39,861 nt of DNA from an uncultured Candidatus Saccharibacteria bacterium (GTDB lineage Bacteria; Patescibacteriota; Minisyncoccia; Minisyncoccales; RBG-13-42-11). Below the pieces are notes generated by a model that was given only the letters and a program-made list of their open reading frames with translations, did not search any database and was not told where the DNA came from. Shown one piece after another: positions 25,384 to 32,589 of this stretch. A program made the translations under genes and the position numbers. Each line of letters opens with the position of its first letter. The first letter of the stretch is position 1. The stretch spans positions 1-39,861 of the forward strand of contig CAZEZZ010000001.1 of assembly GCA_964515885.1 (NCBI GenBank), in the 5' to 3' direction.

Positions 25384-27257
25384 TTTTTAACTCCTTGTGG
25401 CTCTGGTTGGCCTTGGTTTTGTCCTGGTGGCATTTGCTGTGTCGGTAGCTGTCCACCATAGATTAAGTTCGCTACTTCATCCCCCTTTCTCATTATGTCC
25501 ATCGCATCACTAATGAACTTTGTAATGTTTTTGACCTTGTCTATGTTCTTCTCGTCCATTGAGAATTTAATATTTAATAACAAACTCTGTACTTCTTTAA
25601 TTGTCTCAACATGATTCGTACCTGCAATAGGTGTTACAGCCTCGCCGTTCATCAATGACTGTTTAATCTGAGCTATGTAATCGTTCATAGCCATTGTACT
25701 CTTCACTGCACTTTCAAGATTACCAGTATTGGCAACCTCCATGAAATCCCCGTAAGTAAATTCTTTAGGGTTTAATTTCATATATTCACTCGCTGTTTCA
25801 ATTCTACCAGCAGGTGTGTTTAGTATAGGATTTACTTGATTAACCATGACCCTAGATACACCTGTTAAATCCTGATTTGTAAACTCCATTACGTCAGTGA
25901 CACTGTTAGGTCCAAGGATGTCTATCAGCCTCTTAGTATCTGCAAACTTACGCAACGTATCCAACATGAACATTGTTATATCTTCAAACGTATCGTTACG
26001 AGCAGCTTGTAGTCCAAAAGAAAACTGCTGTCCCATAGCAACAACTGTCTGCAAAGCTACGCCACTTTTTAAGTTAGGTGCGGCACTTGCGTCACCACGG
26101 ATAACTGCGTTCTGAGCAGATAGTGTTTCCATCTGGTGTGTCATAAATGATATTGCGTTAGTCAGCGACGATAAGTCACCCATTAAATCTACAACCTCTG
26201 GTTTTGTCGTACTCGTCCATAAGTTTCGACCACTTTGTAATGTTTCGATTTCAACTTGGTCGCCACTTGGACACCAGACATCGTTCAGACCGTTTTGCAT
26301 ATTAGTATATAGTGAACTCATCGCATCGTTTACAACCATCTGTGGAGCACGAAGTAAATTAACATCGGTATATCCCATGCCTGTCTCTAAATATTTACCA
26401 GGCATTAACGGAAATACTGGTAGGCTCTCACCATGAATATTGACCGAATCATAAAGATGAACTGCACTACCATTACCACCACAGAATAAAACGTACTTCC
26501 CGCCTTTAACAGCAGGAGTATCTCTATGGTATGCTGAATACACCCAAATATCATCAGTATCTGTATCGAAATCAGATGTATAGTATGGGTCGTTTGAGAA
26601 CGAATCTAATGCTAAGATTTTGTCTTTCTTCTCACCACTGAACGAACTCGCAACATCGTATTTGTTCTTTCTTCTACGGAATATATACCAGTCCTGTTTT
26701 CCCTTTCTGGTATAGTCATAGAATACATCCCAGGTTGATAGAGCCTCATCATCGAAGTCGCCTTCTTTTTTGTACCGACCATCTTCGTCAACTACTTCCT
26801 TACCCATCTCTGGGTTCCATTCCTTGACGTAAAAACCAGCCCCGTAGATTACACCGTACTCTGTGACTTGATTTAAAATCCTGCCGTATCTCTTGACCTT
26901 TTCGTAGTAATCTAAAATCTGTCTGAATATCTGTGTTGACCTTCTGGACTCTACTGAATCGTTAGTTGCACTTACCGTGTATGATACAGGGATGCTAACT
27001 ATTGGGTTCAACATGTGTCTTGCTATGTTTCGAAAATGTCCTAATGCACAAGCTAGGATTTCGCCCTGTTCACCTGTGTTTAGAATATCTAAGTCCTCAG
27101 AGTCCTCAGAAAAAAACCTGTTCTCATAGAAGTCTTTGTTCTTTTGCCAGCCATTAGCAATACCACTACTTGTAGTGTATTCCTGAAACTTGGTGACTTT
27201 CTCCATGAGTTTCTGAGTTAATTGCTGTTTGTCTTTCTCATTGAAAAGATAACCCAT
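25380..27257 (-). CDS. portal protein
   Basis: About 625 aa, first gene of the head block upstream of scaffold and capsid. ATG 27257 follows AAGGGGTGATT; the track start at 27263 is a GTG two codons upstream. Confidence 0.7.
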   Translation of the reverse strand: MGYLFNEKDKQQLTQKLMEKVTKFQEYTTSSGIANGWQKNKDFYENRFFSEDSEDLDILNTGEQGEILACALGHFRNIARHMLNPIVSIPVSYTVSATNDSVESRRSTQIFRQILDYYEKVKRYGRILNQVTEYGVIYGAGFYVKEWNPEMGKEVVDEDGRYKKEGDFDDEALSTWDVFYDYTRKGKQDWYIFRRRKNKYDVASSFSGEKKDKILALDSFSNDPYYTSDFDTDTDDIWVYSAYHRDTPAVKGGKYVLFCGGNGSAVHLYDSVNIHGESLPVFPLMPGKYLETGMGYTDVNLLRAPQMVVNDAMSSLYTNMQNGLNDVWCPSGDQVEIETLQSGRNLWTSTTKPEVVDLMGDLSSLTNAISFMTHQMETLSAQNAVIRGDASAAPNLKSGVALQTVVAMGQQFSFGLQAARNDTFEDITMFMLDTLRKFADTKRLIDILGPNSVTDVMEFTNQDLTGVSRVMVNQVNPILNTPAGRIETASEYMKLNPKEFTYGDFMEVANTGNLESAVKSTMAMNDYIAQIKQSLMNGEAVTPIAGTNHVETIKEVQSLLLNIKFSMDEKNIDKVKNITKFISDAMDIMRKGDEVANLIYGGQLPTQQMPPGQNQGQPEPQGVKK

Positions 27258-27427
27258 AATCACCCCTTATGGCATTGTCTTGATTTAACTTTACAGTAGC
27301 AAGGACTATTTTAATATTTTAGATTATTTGAGATTTTAGACAGACGGGTATTCTTTTAGAAGGTTGCTCCTAATCACTCCCGAAGTTAATACTTAGTTCT
27401 TACTTAGTGTTTCTCTTAACTACCTAT

Positions 27428-27592
27428 CTAGCCTTCGTAACGACAACAAACAAATAAACAGTCGTAGTAGCCTTTTACACCTTTCATACTAGGTTCTGTA
27501 GTAAAGTTAGTTAAGGAATGTGTTAGCCTACCCGTAATCATTTGTTTAGCTAACCGTGGTCGGATTTGTGAGCTGTTACCCTTTTGTTTCAC
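27428..27592 (-). CDS. doubtful 54-codon basic/Cys-rich ORF inside the non-coding island
   Basis: GTG 27592 lies 5 nt after AAAGGAG, whereas the track ATG at 27619 has no SD. ...GVKGYYDCLFVCCRYEG. It is the only ORF in 730 bp. Confidence 0.3.
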   Translation of the reverse strand: MKQKGNSSQIRPRLAKQMITGRLTHSLTNFTTEPSMKGVKGYYDCLFVCCRYEG

Positions 27593-27786
27593 CTTAACTC
27601 CTTTTACACATTTTAACATCCCGCTTATTGGCTCAACACCTTTTACGGTCTGTACTCTCGCCGAGGATATGATTGCCCTCGCTGTCGCCTTTGATTTTTA
27701 AGGAAAAAGGTCGTTATAAAAAACCTACACTTGTCTACTGCTTTTACTTCGCAAGTATATCCACAAGATAGTGGAAATGTTCTGAT

Positions 27787-27815
27787 ACTATCTTATAATA
27801 TAATTAAATTGTCAA
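27787..27815 (-). promoter_or_regulatory. promoter candidate P2 (TTGACA, weak -10)
   Basis: Perfect TTGACA (27815-27810) directly after the terminator U-tract. The best -10 at 17-nt spacing is GATAGT (4/6). Confidence 0.3.
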
Positions 27816-27817
27816 GA

Positions 27818-27849
27818 TAAAAAAATAGGGGGCTATAGAAATAACCCCC
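27818..27849 (-). terminator. intrinsic terminator
   Basis: On the minus strand GGGGG-TTATTTCTATAG-CCCCC is followed by TATTTTTTTA. Confidence 0.6.
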
Positions 27850-27898
27850 AAGTAGTAAAGTGTAGTCTCTTCTAACGAATAGACTTTGCGAAGTAATA
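27820..27898 (-). ncRNA. candidate small RNA of about 80 nt (promoter P1 to terminator)
   Basis: Defined only by the consensus promoter at 27905-27932 and the terminator at 27818-27849. It contains an extra 5-bp hairpin (AGTCT...AGACT) and no ORF. Confidence 0.3.
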
Positions 27899-27904
27899 CT
27901 ATGT

Positions 27905-27932
27905 ATTATACTCTAGTATGTTCTATTGTCAA
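27905..27932 (-). promoter_or_regulatory. near-consensus sigma70-type promoter P1 (TTGACA-16-TATAAT)
   Basis: On the minus strand: aataactaTTGACAatagaacatactagagTATAATacat. Both hexamers are perfect. Confidence 0.55.
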
Positions 27933-27995
27933 TAGTTATTTTCATTGATGTGTAATAGGTGTGTTTAGTGTGTATTTTGATGGGTTAATCATGGG

Positions 27996-29900
27996 TTATA
28001 ATATATCCCTCAAGCCCTTCTTACCATTTACTGATTTAACAATCTCGTGAGTACTTGGTAGTATCCTGCGACCCTCTTCGTCCATCTCTCCAATCTTGTA
28101 TGGGTTCTTACGCCAGTTTACGTTATCAAAGAAATAACACATCGCCATTAACGCATCTAAGTGTCCCATTGTCTCAGTCCTTTCGAAATCAGTCCTGTTT
28201 ACATTCCAAATACCAAACCGTAACTGCTGGACAAGGTTAGGGCACATCTCTTCGTTTATCAGTATCTTACTCAACCCCACCCTCAACTGATTTATCACCG
28301 AGTCTCTATACCCCTTGTTACTCTCCTTCTTTCTCTTACTGACTGGCATTACAGTGTATCCGTAACTCCTGCCCATATCGAATAACTGCTGCATCTCGTT
28401 ATCACCAATTCTCTTCGGCTTGTCGTAACCCAACTCCCTCTCAATCCTCTTGCATTCCTTTACAATATCTTCCGTACTCTTATAGTGCTCGAAGTACTCC
28501 CGCTCAATTACTAAATTACCCTTTGTGAAATCTAGGTACCCAAATAATACCGCAGTATTGTCCACTAACCCTAAATCAAAACAAACGTAACTATCAAAAC
28601 TTGGTGGTCTCTCAATCGTACCAACACGGAGAGTACACGCCTCGGGAATTACTAACCTGTCCTTTGCACCATCATCCCTTAACTCATACTCAATCCGATA
28701 AGCATCACTCATCACACCACCACACCTCTCCAATATCCGCTCGTGTTGCTCATCACTAACTATCCCCTCCTCCAAACTCATGTGTATGTCCTGGTAGAAA
28801 TAATAATTCCCAGCACTAGCACTCGCAATCTGAGTTATGAAGTCATGAGTTAAGTCTGGAGGTATCGTACTCGTGATTATCATCTGGCCATTAGTCGTGT
28901 CCAACTGAGGGCCCAAAACATGAGTTAACGTATATCTCGGTCTGTACTTCCAAAACCCATACTCATCACAGTATATTATGTCCGCTTCATTACCCCTCGC
29001 TTTAGCACTCTCATCCTTGTCCTTTACACCAAATAAATATATCCTGCTGCCACTCTCAAATAACCAGCAGTCATCCCTACTCAAATACCTTGGAGCTAAC
29101 TCCATACAGTCACCGTATATGTGCTCCAATAAAGTTATGAATATCTCACGAAATGACTTCTGAGTGATACCACCTGCCCTTACAATAATCTTCTCCCTTA
29201 TACACCTCTCAAAGATATATACAAACGTAGTCGTGCTCTTACCCCATCTCCTGTGAGTGTTGCTTAAACACCTCTTGCCATCCCTTAACATCCTATACAA
29301 CCTCAACTGGTCAGGTCTCAAATACCAGTCAGCAATTATCCCGTTCTTGAAGTACTTAACCAACCTACTCTTTCTCTCCTCTTTACCCACAATAGATAAC
29401 TTGTCCAAAATATCAGCCCTCTTGCCAGATACGGAAATTTTTTCCGAAACATCAACCTTGCCTTTAGAACCTGAAAATTTTTCTATGATGGATACTCTCT
29501 TACTATCACTATCTGGATGCGGGGTACCCCCCTTAATGTCTATTGGTACACCTGCTTTAATATCAGTATAGGCAATCTCACACGTAGCATTGGGTGTTTC
29601 ATAGGGCGTAGGATTAGCATTAACTTGTTTATTATCAGGTACTTGTATTTTAGCCTTATCTTGACGGATAACGGTCTTATGCACCTTTGCGGGCTTATTT
29701 GCCTTGAGTAACTCTCTCTCTGCCTTAGCGTTTAACCGTGCTTCCTTCCTGTTCAGTATGTTGATTCTCTTCCTGTCCTTAGCTCTACACGCAGGACTAC
29801 AGTATATTGGCACCTTTGTACCTCTTTTGTATGCTATGTCCTTATTACACTTTAGACAATTAGTATGAAGCCATTTGTTATTGTACTTAGTAGTGTTCAT
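27996..29900 (-). CDS. terL: terminase large subunit with an N-terminal extension of about 190 aa containing a zinc ribbon
   Basis: Walker A-like HRRWGKSTT and Walker B-like IIYCDEYGFW, in a 634-aa protein. The N-terminus CLKCNK...CSPAC plus a basic K/R-rich region is extra. No SD before the ATG. Confidence 0.8.
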   Translation of the reverse strand: MNTTKYNNKWLHTNCLKCNKDIAYKRGTKVPIYCSPACRAKDRKRINILNRKEARLNAKAERELLKANKPAKVHKTVIRQDKAKIQVPDNKQVNANPTPYETPNATCEIAYTDIKAGVPIDIKGGTPHPDSDSKRVSIIEKFSGSKGKVDVSEKISVSGKRADILDKLSIVGKEERKSRLVKYFKNGIIADWYLRPDQLRLYRMLRDGKRCLSNTHRRWGKSTTTFVYIFERCIREKIIVRAGGITQKSFREIFITLLEHIYGDCMELAPRYLSRDDCWLFESGSRIYLFGVKDKDESAKARGNEADIIYCDEYGFWKYRPRYTLTHVLGPQLDTTNGQMIITSTIPPDLTHDFITQIASASAGNYYFYQDIHMSLEEGIVSDEQHERILERCGGVMSDAYRIEYELRDDGAKDRLVIPEACTLRVGTIERPPSFDSYVCFDLGLVDNTAVLFGYLDFTKGNLVIEREYFEHYKSTEDIVKECKRIERELGYDKPKRIGDNEMQQLFDMGRSYGYTVMPVSKRKKESNKGYRDSVINQLRVGLSKILINEEMCPNLVQQLRFGIWNVNRTDFERTETMGHLDALMAMCYFFDNVNWRKNPYKIGEMDEEGRRILPSTHEIVKSVNGKKGLRDIL

Positions 29901-29924
29901 AGAGTAGTTGTTTAATATCCAATA

Positions 29925-29952
29925 GTATTATCTATGTTTTTGATATAGTCAA
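29925..29952 (-). promoter_or_regulatory. weak promoter candidate upstream of terL (TTGACT-16-TAATAC)
   Basis: 5/6 -35 but only 3/6 -10, in the 119-bp terS-terL gap. Confidence 0.2.
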
Positions 29953-30019
29953 GACTTCTGAATAGGGTGGGTTTGGGGGCAATTATAATACTACTGTTTA
30001 ATGGCATATTATACCCTTA

Positions 30020-30472
30020 TTAGTTTAGTTTACCTTTGTTATTGGGGTTTGGTTGCTTTCCGAACTTTTCTATTCTCAACTGCTCAATCTCGTTGCGGAT
30101 TTTATCAACAGAAGCATCATCTAGCTTTATCTCGGCTTCAACATTGACATTCTCACTTTGTATGTACTGTTTCTCTATCATGCCATAATTTGCTTTTAAT
30201 AGAAACAATGCCATGGCGTTATTTAGTTTATTTGTCAATCCGCCAGTTATCAAGGCTTCCTGACAGTGCGTTCTTAATCTTGCGATTGGTTCGGCATATT
30301 CTGGATAGTTCCGCTCGTACGATTTAATCACGTCTTTATAGCATTTTGAATAGATTGCAAAGCCCGACGCTGTAGGGATTTTATTCTTTTTGTCACAGTG
30401 ACGTAAATATGCGGAAATCTTTTTATTCATGTCATTGGGACTTGCGAATATCTTGTCATATGCCATTACCAT
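30020..30472 (-). CDS. terS: terminase small subunit
   Basis: 150 aa. The pattern ...IPTASGFAIY...THCQEAL...NAMALFLLKANYGM resembles small-terminase families of low-GC phages, and the gene is directly upstream of terL. No SD; ATG 30466 is an alternative start. Confidence 0.6.
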   Translation of the reverse strand: MVMAYDKIFASPNDMNKKISAYLRHCDKKNKIPTASGFAIYSKCYKDVIKSYERNYPEYAEPIARLRTHCQEALITGGLTNKLNNAMALFLLKANYGMIEKQYIQSENVNVEAEIKLDDASVDKIRNEIEQLRIEKFGKQPNPNNKGKLN

Positions 30473-30501
30473 ACAATATATGCTACGCTTTGCTAGTGCA
30501 A
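30473..30501 (-). promoter_or_regulatory. promoter candidate for the packaging/late arm (TTGCAC-17-TATTGT or -15-TATATT)
   Basis: The -10 ends 1-3 nt before ATG 30472. The predicted start site falls on the A of the in-frame ATG at 30466, giving a leaderless configuration. Confidence 0.35.
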
Positions 30502-30547
30502 GTTAAATTAAACATAAAAATAAAATAAAAAATAATTAAAATAAAGG

Positions 30548-30575
30548 TTGCATTTCTTTTAAAACCGTGTATAAT
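30548..30575 (+). promoter_or_regulatory. early promoter (TTGCAT-16-TATAAT)
   Basis: 5/6 -35 and perfect -10, preceded by a long A/T-rich tract (UP-element-like), 40 nt upstream of the first plus-arm gene. Confidence 0.55.
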
Positions 30576-30615
30576 AGGGCTTGTAAGTTAAAAAAAGGCA
30601 CGGAGGAACAAAATC

Positions 30616-30810
30616 ATGGGAAAAAGAAGTTTTAAATGTTTGTGTGAAGCATTAGAGGACAGGGGTTACTATGCTTATAGGTTAGACAATGACTTGTTTA
30701 AGCTAAATGGTATGAAGTTGACAATCACAGAGTTTGTAGAAAATGCAAGAGACATTATTACTAATGTCAATCCTAAGTTATCATTATTATCAGTAATAGG
30801 GGGGTGTTAG
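30616..30810 (+). CDS. hypothetical early protein
   Basis: ACGGAGGA SD. 64 aa; first gene after the early promoter. Confidence 0.6.
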   Translation: MGKRSFKCLCEALEDRGYYAYRLDNDLFKLNGMKLTITEFVENARDIITNVNPKLSLLSVIGGC

Positions 30811-30815
30811 TATGA
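30799..30815 (+). repeat. 17-nt junction element GGGGGGTGTTAGTATGA, copy 1
   Basis: Identical to 31017-31033. It spans a stop codon, the SD and the next ATG. Confidence 0.8.
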
Positions 30816-31033
30816 ATTATTATATTAAGACAACATTAAAAGATAAAAACGGGCTTTACAAAGTAGAAAGTGAAACCATTGATTATGAATATGAGTTGCT
30901 TTGGCGTATGCTTAAAACTTACTATCCCAATGCAAAACATGCAAATATTACAGTGGATGCAATAGCAAATGGCGGAGCGTTGTCAACAGTATATAGAAGT
31001 CTAAAAATAGAAGTATGGGGGGTGTTAGTATGA
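30812..31033 (+). CDS. hypothetical early protein
   Basis: G6 SD; 73 aa. Confidence 0.6.
   Translation: MNYYIKTTLKDKNGLYKVESETIDYEYELLWRMLKTYYPNAKHANITVDAIANGGALSTVYRSLKIEVWGVLV
31017..31033 (+). repeat. 17-nt junction element GGGGGGTGTTAGTATGA, copy 2
   Basis: Identical to 30799-30815. Confidence 0.8.
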
Positions 31034-31272
31034 GATACTTATACGTTGATATAAACATAGCAATAAATAGGGTCAATTATCTTGAAGGTAGTGTTGCAGA
31101 TTGTAGTTATTCTTGTAACTGCTACGATAAACTAACAAAGTATAAACAAGAACTGCAAGATTTATCACTTTTTGGCTATTACACAAAAACATATAACAAG
31201 GAATTTAAACTACTATGCCAAAGGTTTGACCGATTTATGAAACGTCATGGTTATTTTGAATTTATAAACTAA
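31030..31272 (+). CDS. hypothetical early protein
   Basis: ATG 31030 follows the same G6 SD and overlaps the upstream stop (ATGA). The track start at 31015 is less likely. Confidence 0.6.
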   Translation: MRYLYVDINIAINRVNYLEGSVADCSYSCNCYDKLTKYKQELQDLSLFGYYTKTYNKEFKLLCQRFDRFMKRHGYFEFIN

Positions 31273-31280
31273 ATAAAGCT

Positions 31281-31305
31281 ATGCCAAGCTATAACTGGCA
31301 AGGGG
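31281..31305 (+). repeat. 25-nt intergenic element ATGCCAAGCTATAACTGGCAAGGGG, copy 1
   Basis: 22/25 identical to 31709-31733. It ends in the SD of the next gene. Confidence 0.75.
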
Positions 31306-31311
31306 TAAATT

Positions 31312-31704
31312 ATGAATTATCAAAAACAAGGAACTGATTTTCTTAAAAGTACAGGTACAGATTTCAAGGTTGAATACCTTAAAAATGACGTCTATTTTGA
31401 CGGCGACAAGGAAACTAGGGATATTTATAGGATTACACTAAGGCGCAAGGGGGAGCAATTTAGTTTTAAATTTGGGCAGAGCATAGCTAACAGCGATTAC
31501 GGCAATAATACTCCCACAGCATACGACGTTTTAACTTGCTTAACTAAGTACGACCCAAACGATTTTGCTAATTTTTGTAGCGACTATGGCTATGTCATAG
31601 ACAGCAGAAAAGCAGAAAAACTTTATGAGGGTGTATGCAGAGAGTTTAAGGGCGTGGACAGGCTTTTTAGTGATGTTATAGAGCAATTACAAGAAATAAA
31701 CTAA
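31312..31704 (+). CDS. conserved-looking hypothetical phage protein
   Basis: 130 aa. ...RDIYRITLRRKGEQFSFKFGQS...PTAYDVLTCL...FCSDYGY..DSRKAEKLY. I believe similar proteins occur in other phages, but I cannot name a family or function. Confidence 0.6.
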   Translation: MNYQKQGTDFLKSTGTDFKVEYLKNDVYFDGDKETRDIYRITLRRKGEQFSFKFGQSIANSDYGNNTPTAYDVLTCLTKYDPNDFANFCSDYGYVIDSRKAEKLYEGVCREFKGVDRLFSDVIEQLQEIN

Positions 31705-31708
31705 GCCA

Positions 31709-31733
31709 ATGCAAGGCTATAAATGGCAAGGGG
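31709..31733 (+). repeat. 25-nt intergenic element ATGCAAGGCTATAAATGGCAAGGGG, copy 2
   Basis: 22/25 identical to 31281-31305. Confidence 0.75.
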
Positions 31734-31738
31734 GCTTT

Positions 31739-31894
31739 ATGCGAGTAATACTATTACTATTGACATTGACATTGACTCAAGAACTAGCACAGATAAATAA
31801 TAACCTTAGAAAAGGCGAGTATGAAATAGACGCTTTTGAATACTGCACGATAATTGATAAAACAAATAAAGAATGTACGGAGGTTTTAAAATGA
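31739..31894 (+). CDS. 51-aa protein with a hydrophobic N-terminus and a Cys-loop motif
   Basis: ATG 31739 follows AAGGGGG. MRVILLLLTLTLT... then KGEYEIDAFEYCTIIDKTNKECT, which is homologous to a segment of the 19876-20172 product. Confidence 0.5.
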   Translation: MRVILLLLTLTLTQELAQINNNLRKGEYEIDAFEYCTIIDKTNKECTEVLK

Positions 31895-32094
31895 TAAACT
31901 TAGACAAAATTAAAAGGGATATTGACGAAAATGTTTATAATTCCATTGTAACCTGTATTAAGCCCGAAGTTCTTAAAAGGTGGTATAGGGATTGTACTTT
32001 AGAAATAATAAACTTTACAAGGTGTGGAGACGAAAAACACTATAAACTTAATTGCGAAAAGGCTTTGTTGGAATATATGCTAGAAATAAGATAA
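31891..32094 (+). CDS. hypothetical early protein
   Basis: ATG 31891 follows ACGGAGG and overlaps the upstream stop (ATGA). 67 aa. Confidence 0.55.
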   Translation: MINLDKIKRDIDENVYNSIVTCIKPEVLKRWYRDCTLEIINFTRCGDEKHYKLNCEKALLEYMLEIR

Positions 32095-32111
32095 AAAAAA
32101 GGGGGGGTAAA

Positions 32112-32381
32112 ATGAAAAGATATATAATTGCAGAGTGCGACATTGACAGAATAAAGGCTGGTACAATGAATATTGATAGTATCAAGGGCGACAGTGATTA
32201 CCTATGCTTAGACGGTACTACAATGGGTGATGTTATAGACAGGCTAGAACTTGACTTGCTTGATGATAATACTCAAAAATTGTTAGACTTTGTTTATAAC
32301 AGATATATGGGTAGCTTTGACGTAACAGATATTTGGCAATTTATAGAGGACACGGCAATACTATTTAATGAGGGGAGGTGA
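32112..32381 (+). CDS. hypothetical acidic early protein
   Basis: ATG 32112 lies 4 nt after the G7 run of an A8G7 tract. The track start at 32052 overlaps the upstream gene. Confidence 0.6.
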   Translation: MKRYIIAECDIDRIKAGTMNIDSIKGDSDYLCLDGTTMGDVIDRLELDLLDDNTQKLLDFVYNRYMGSFDVTDIWQFIEDTAILFNEGR

Positions 32382-32385
32382 TTAA

Positions 32386-32589
32386 ATGAAAGTAAATAAT
32401 AATTACGAACTAACAGGGTATGCCAAAAGACTTTTTGAAGAGCAACCAATAAGAATTGTAGCAATAGAAAAACAAGACGAAAAATGGTCGAAACTAAGAT
32501 ACAAAACACTACCAAGAGGGCGCAAGGTTTATTCAATGTTTATTTACAATAACGATGTAATAATAAAGGGGTGCAAAAATGGATTGTAA
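32386..32589 (+). CDS. hypothetical early protein
   Basis: GGGGAGGTG SD; 67 aa. Confidence 0.6.
   Translation: MKVNNNYELTGYAKRLFEEQPIRIVAIEKQDEKWSKLRYKTLPRGRKVYSMFIYNNDVIIKGCKNGL

Noticed and set aside
27428-27619. 63-aa ORF with an ATG start in the terL-portal island
   Set aside because: There is no SD before ATG 27619. Only the shorter GTG-initiated version has one, and it is kept as a low-confidence feature. The region may be entirely non-coding.
27264-27995. tRNA, hammerhead or other small-ribozyme signatures in the large non-coding island
   Set aside because: By eye I found no cloverleaf with a GTTC-type T-arm and no CUGAUGA...GAAA core. This is only a visual check and should be repeated with tRNAscan-SE and Infernal.
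29961-29980. G-rich tract GGGTGGGTTTGGGGG as a possible G-quadruplex
   Set aside because: Only three G-runs are present, which is insufficient for a canonical intramolecular quadruplex.
31759-31776. (ATTGAC)x3, i.e. three tandem TTGACA-like -35 boxes
   Set aside because: The tract lies inside the coding sequence, where it encodes LTLTLT of a hydrophobic N-terminus. No suitably spaced -10 follows.
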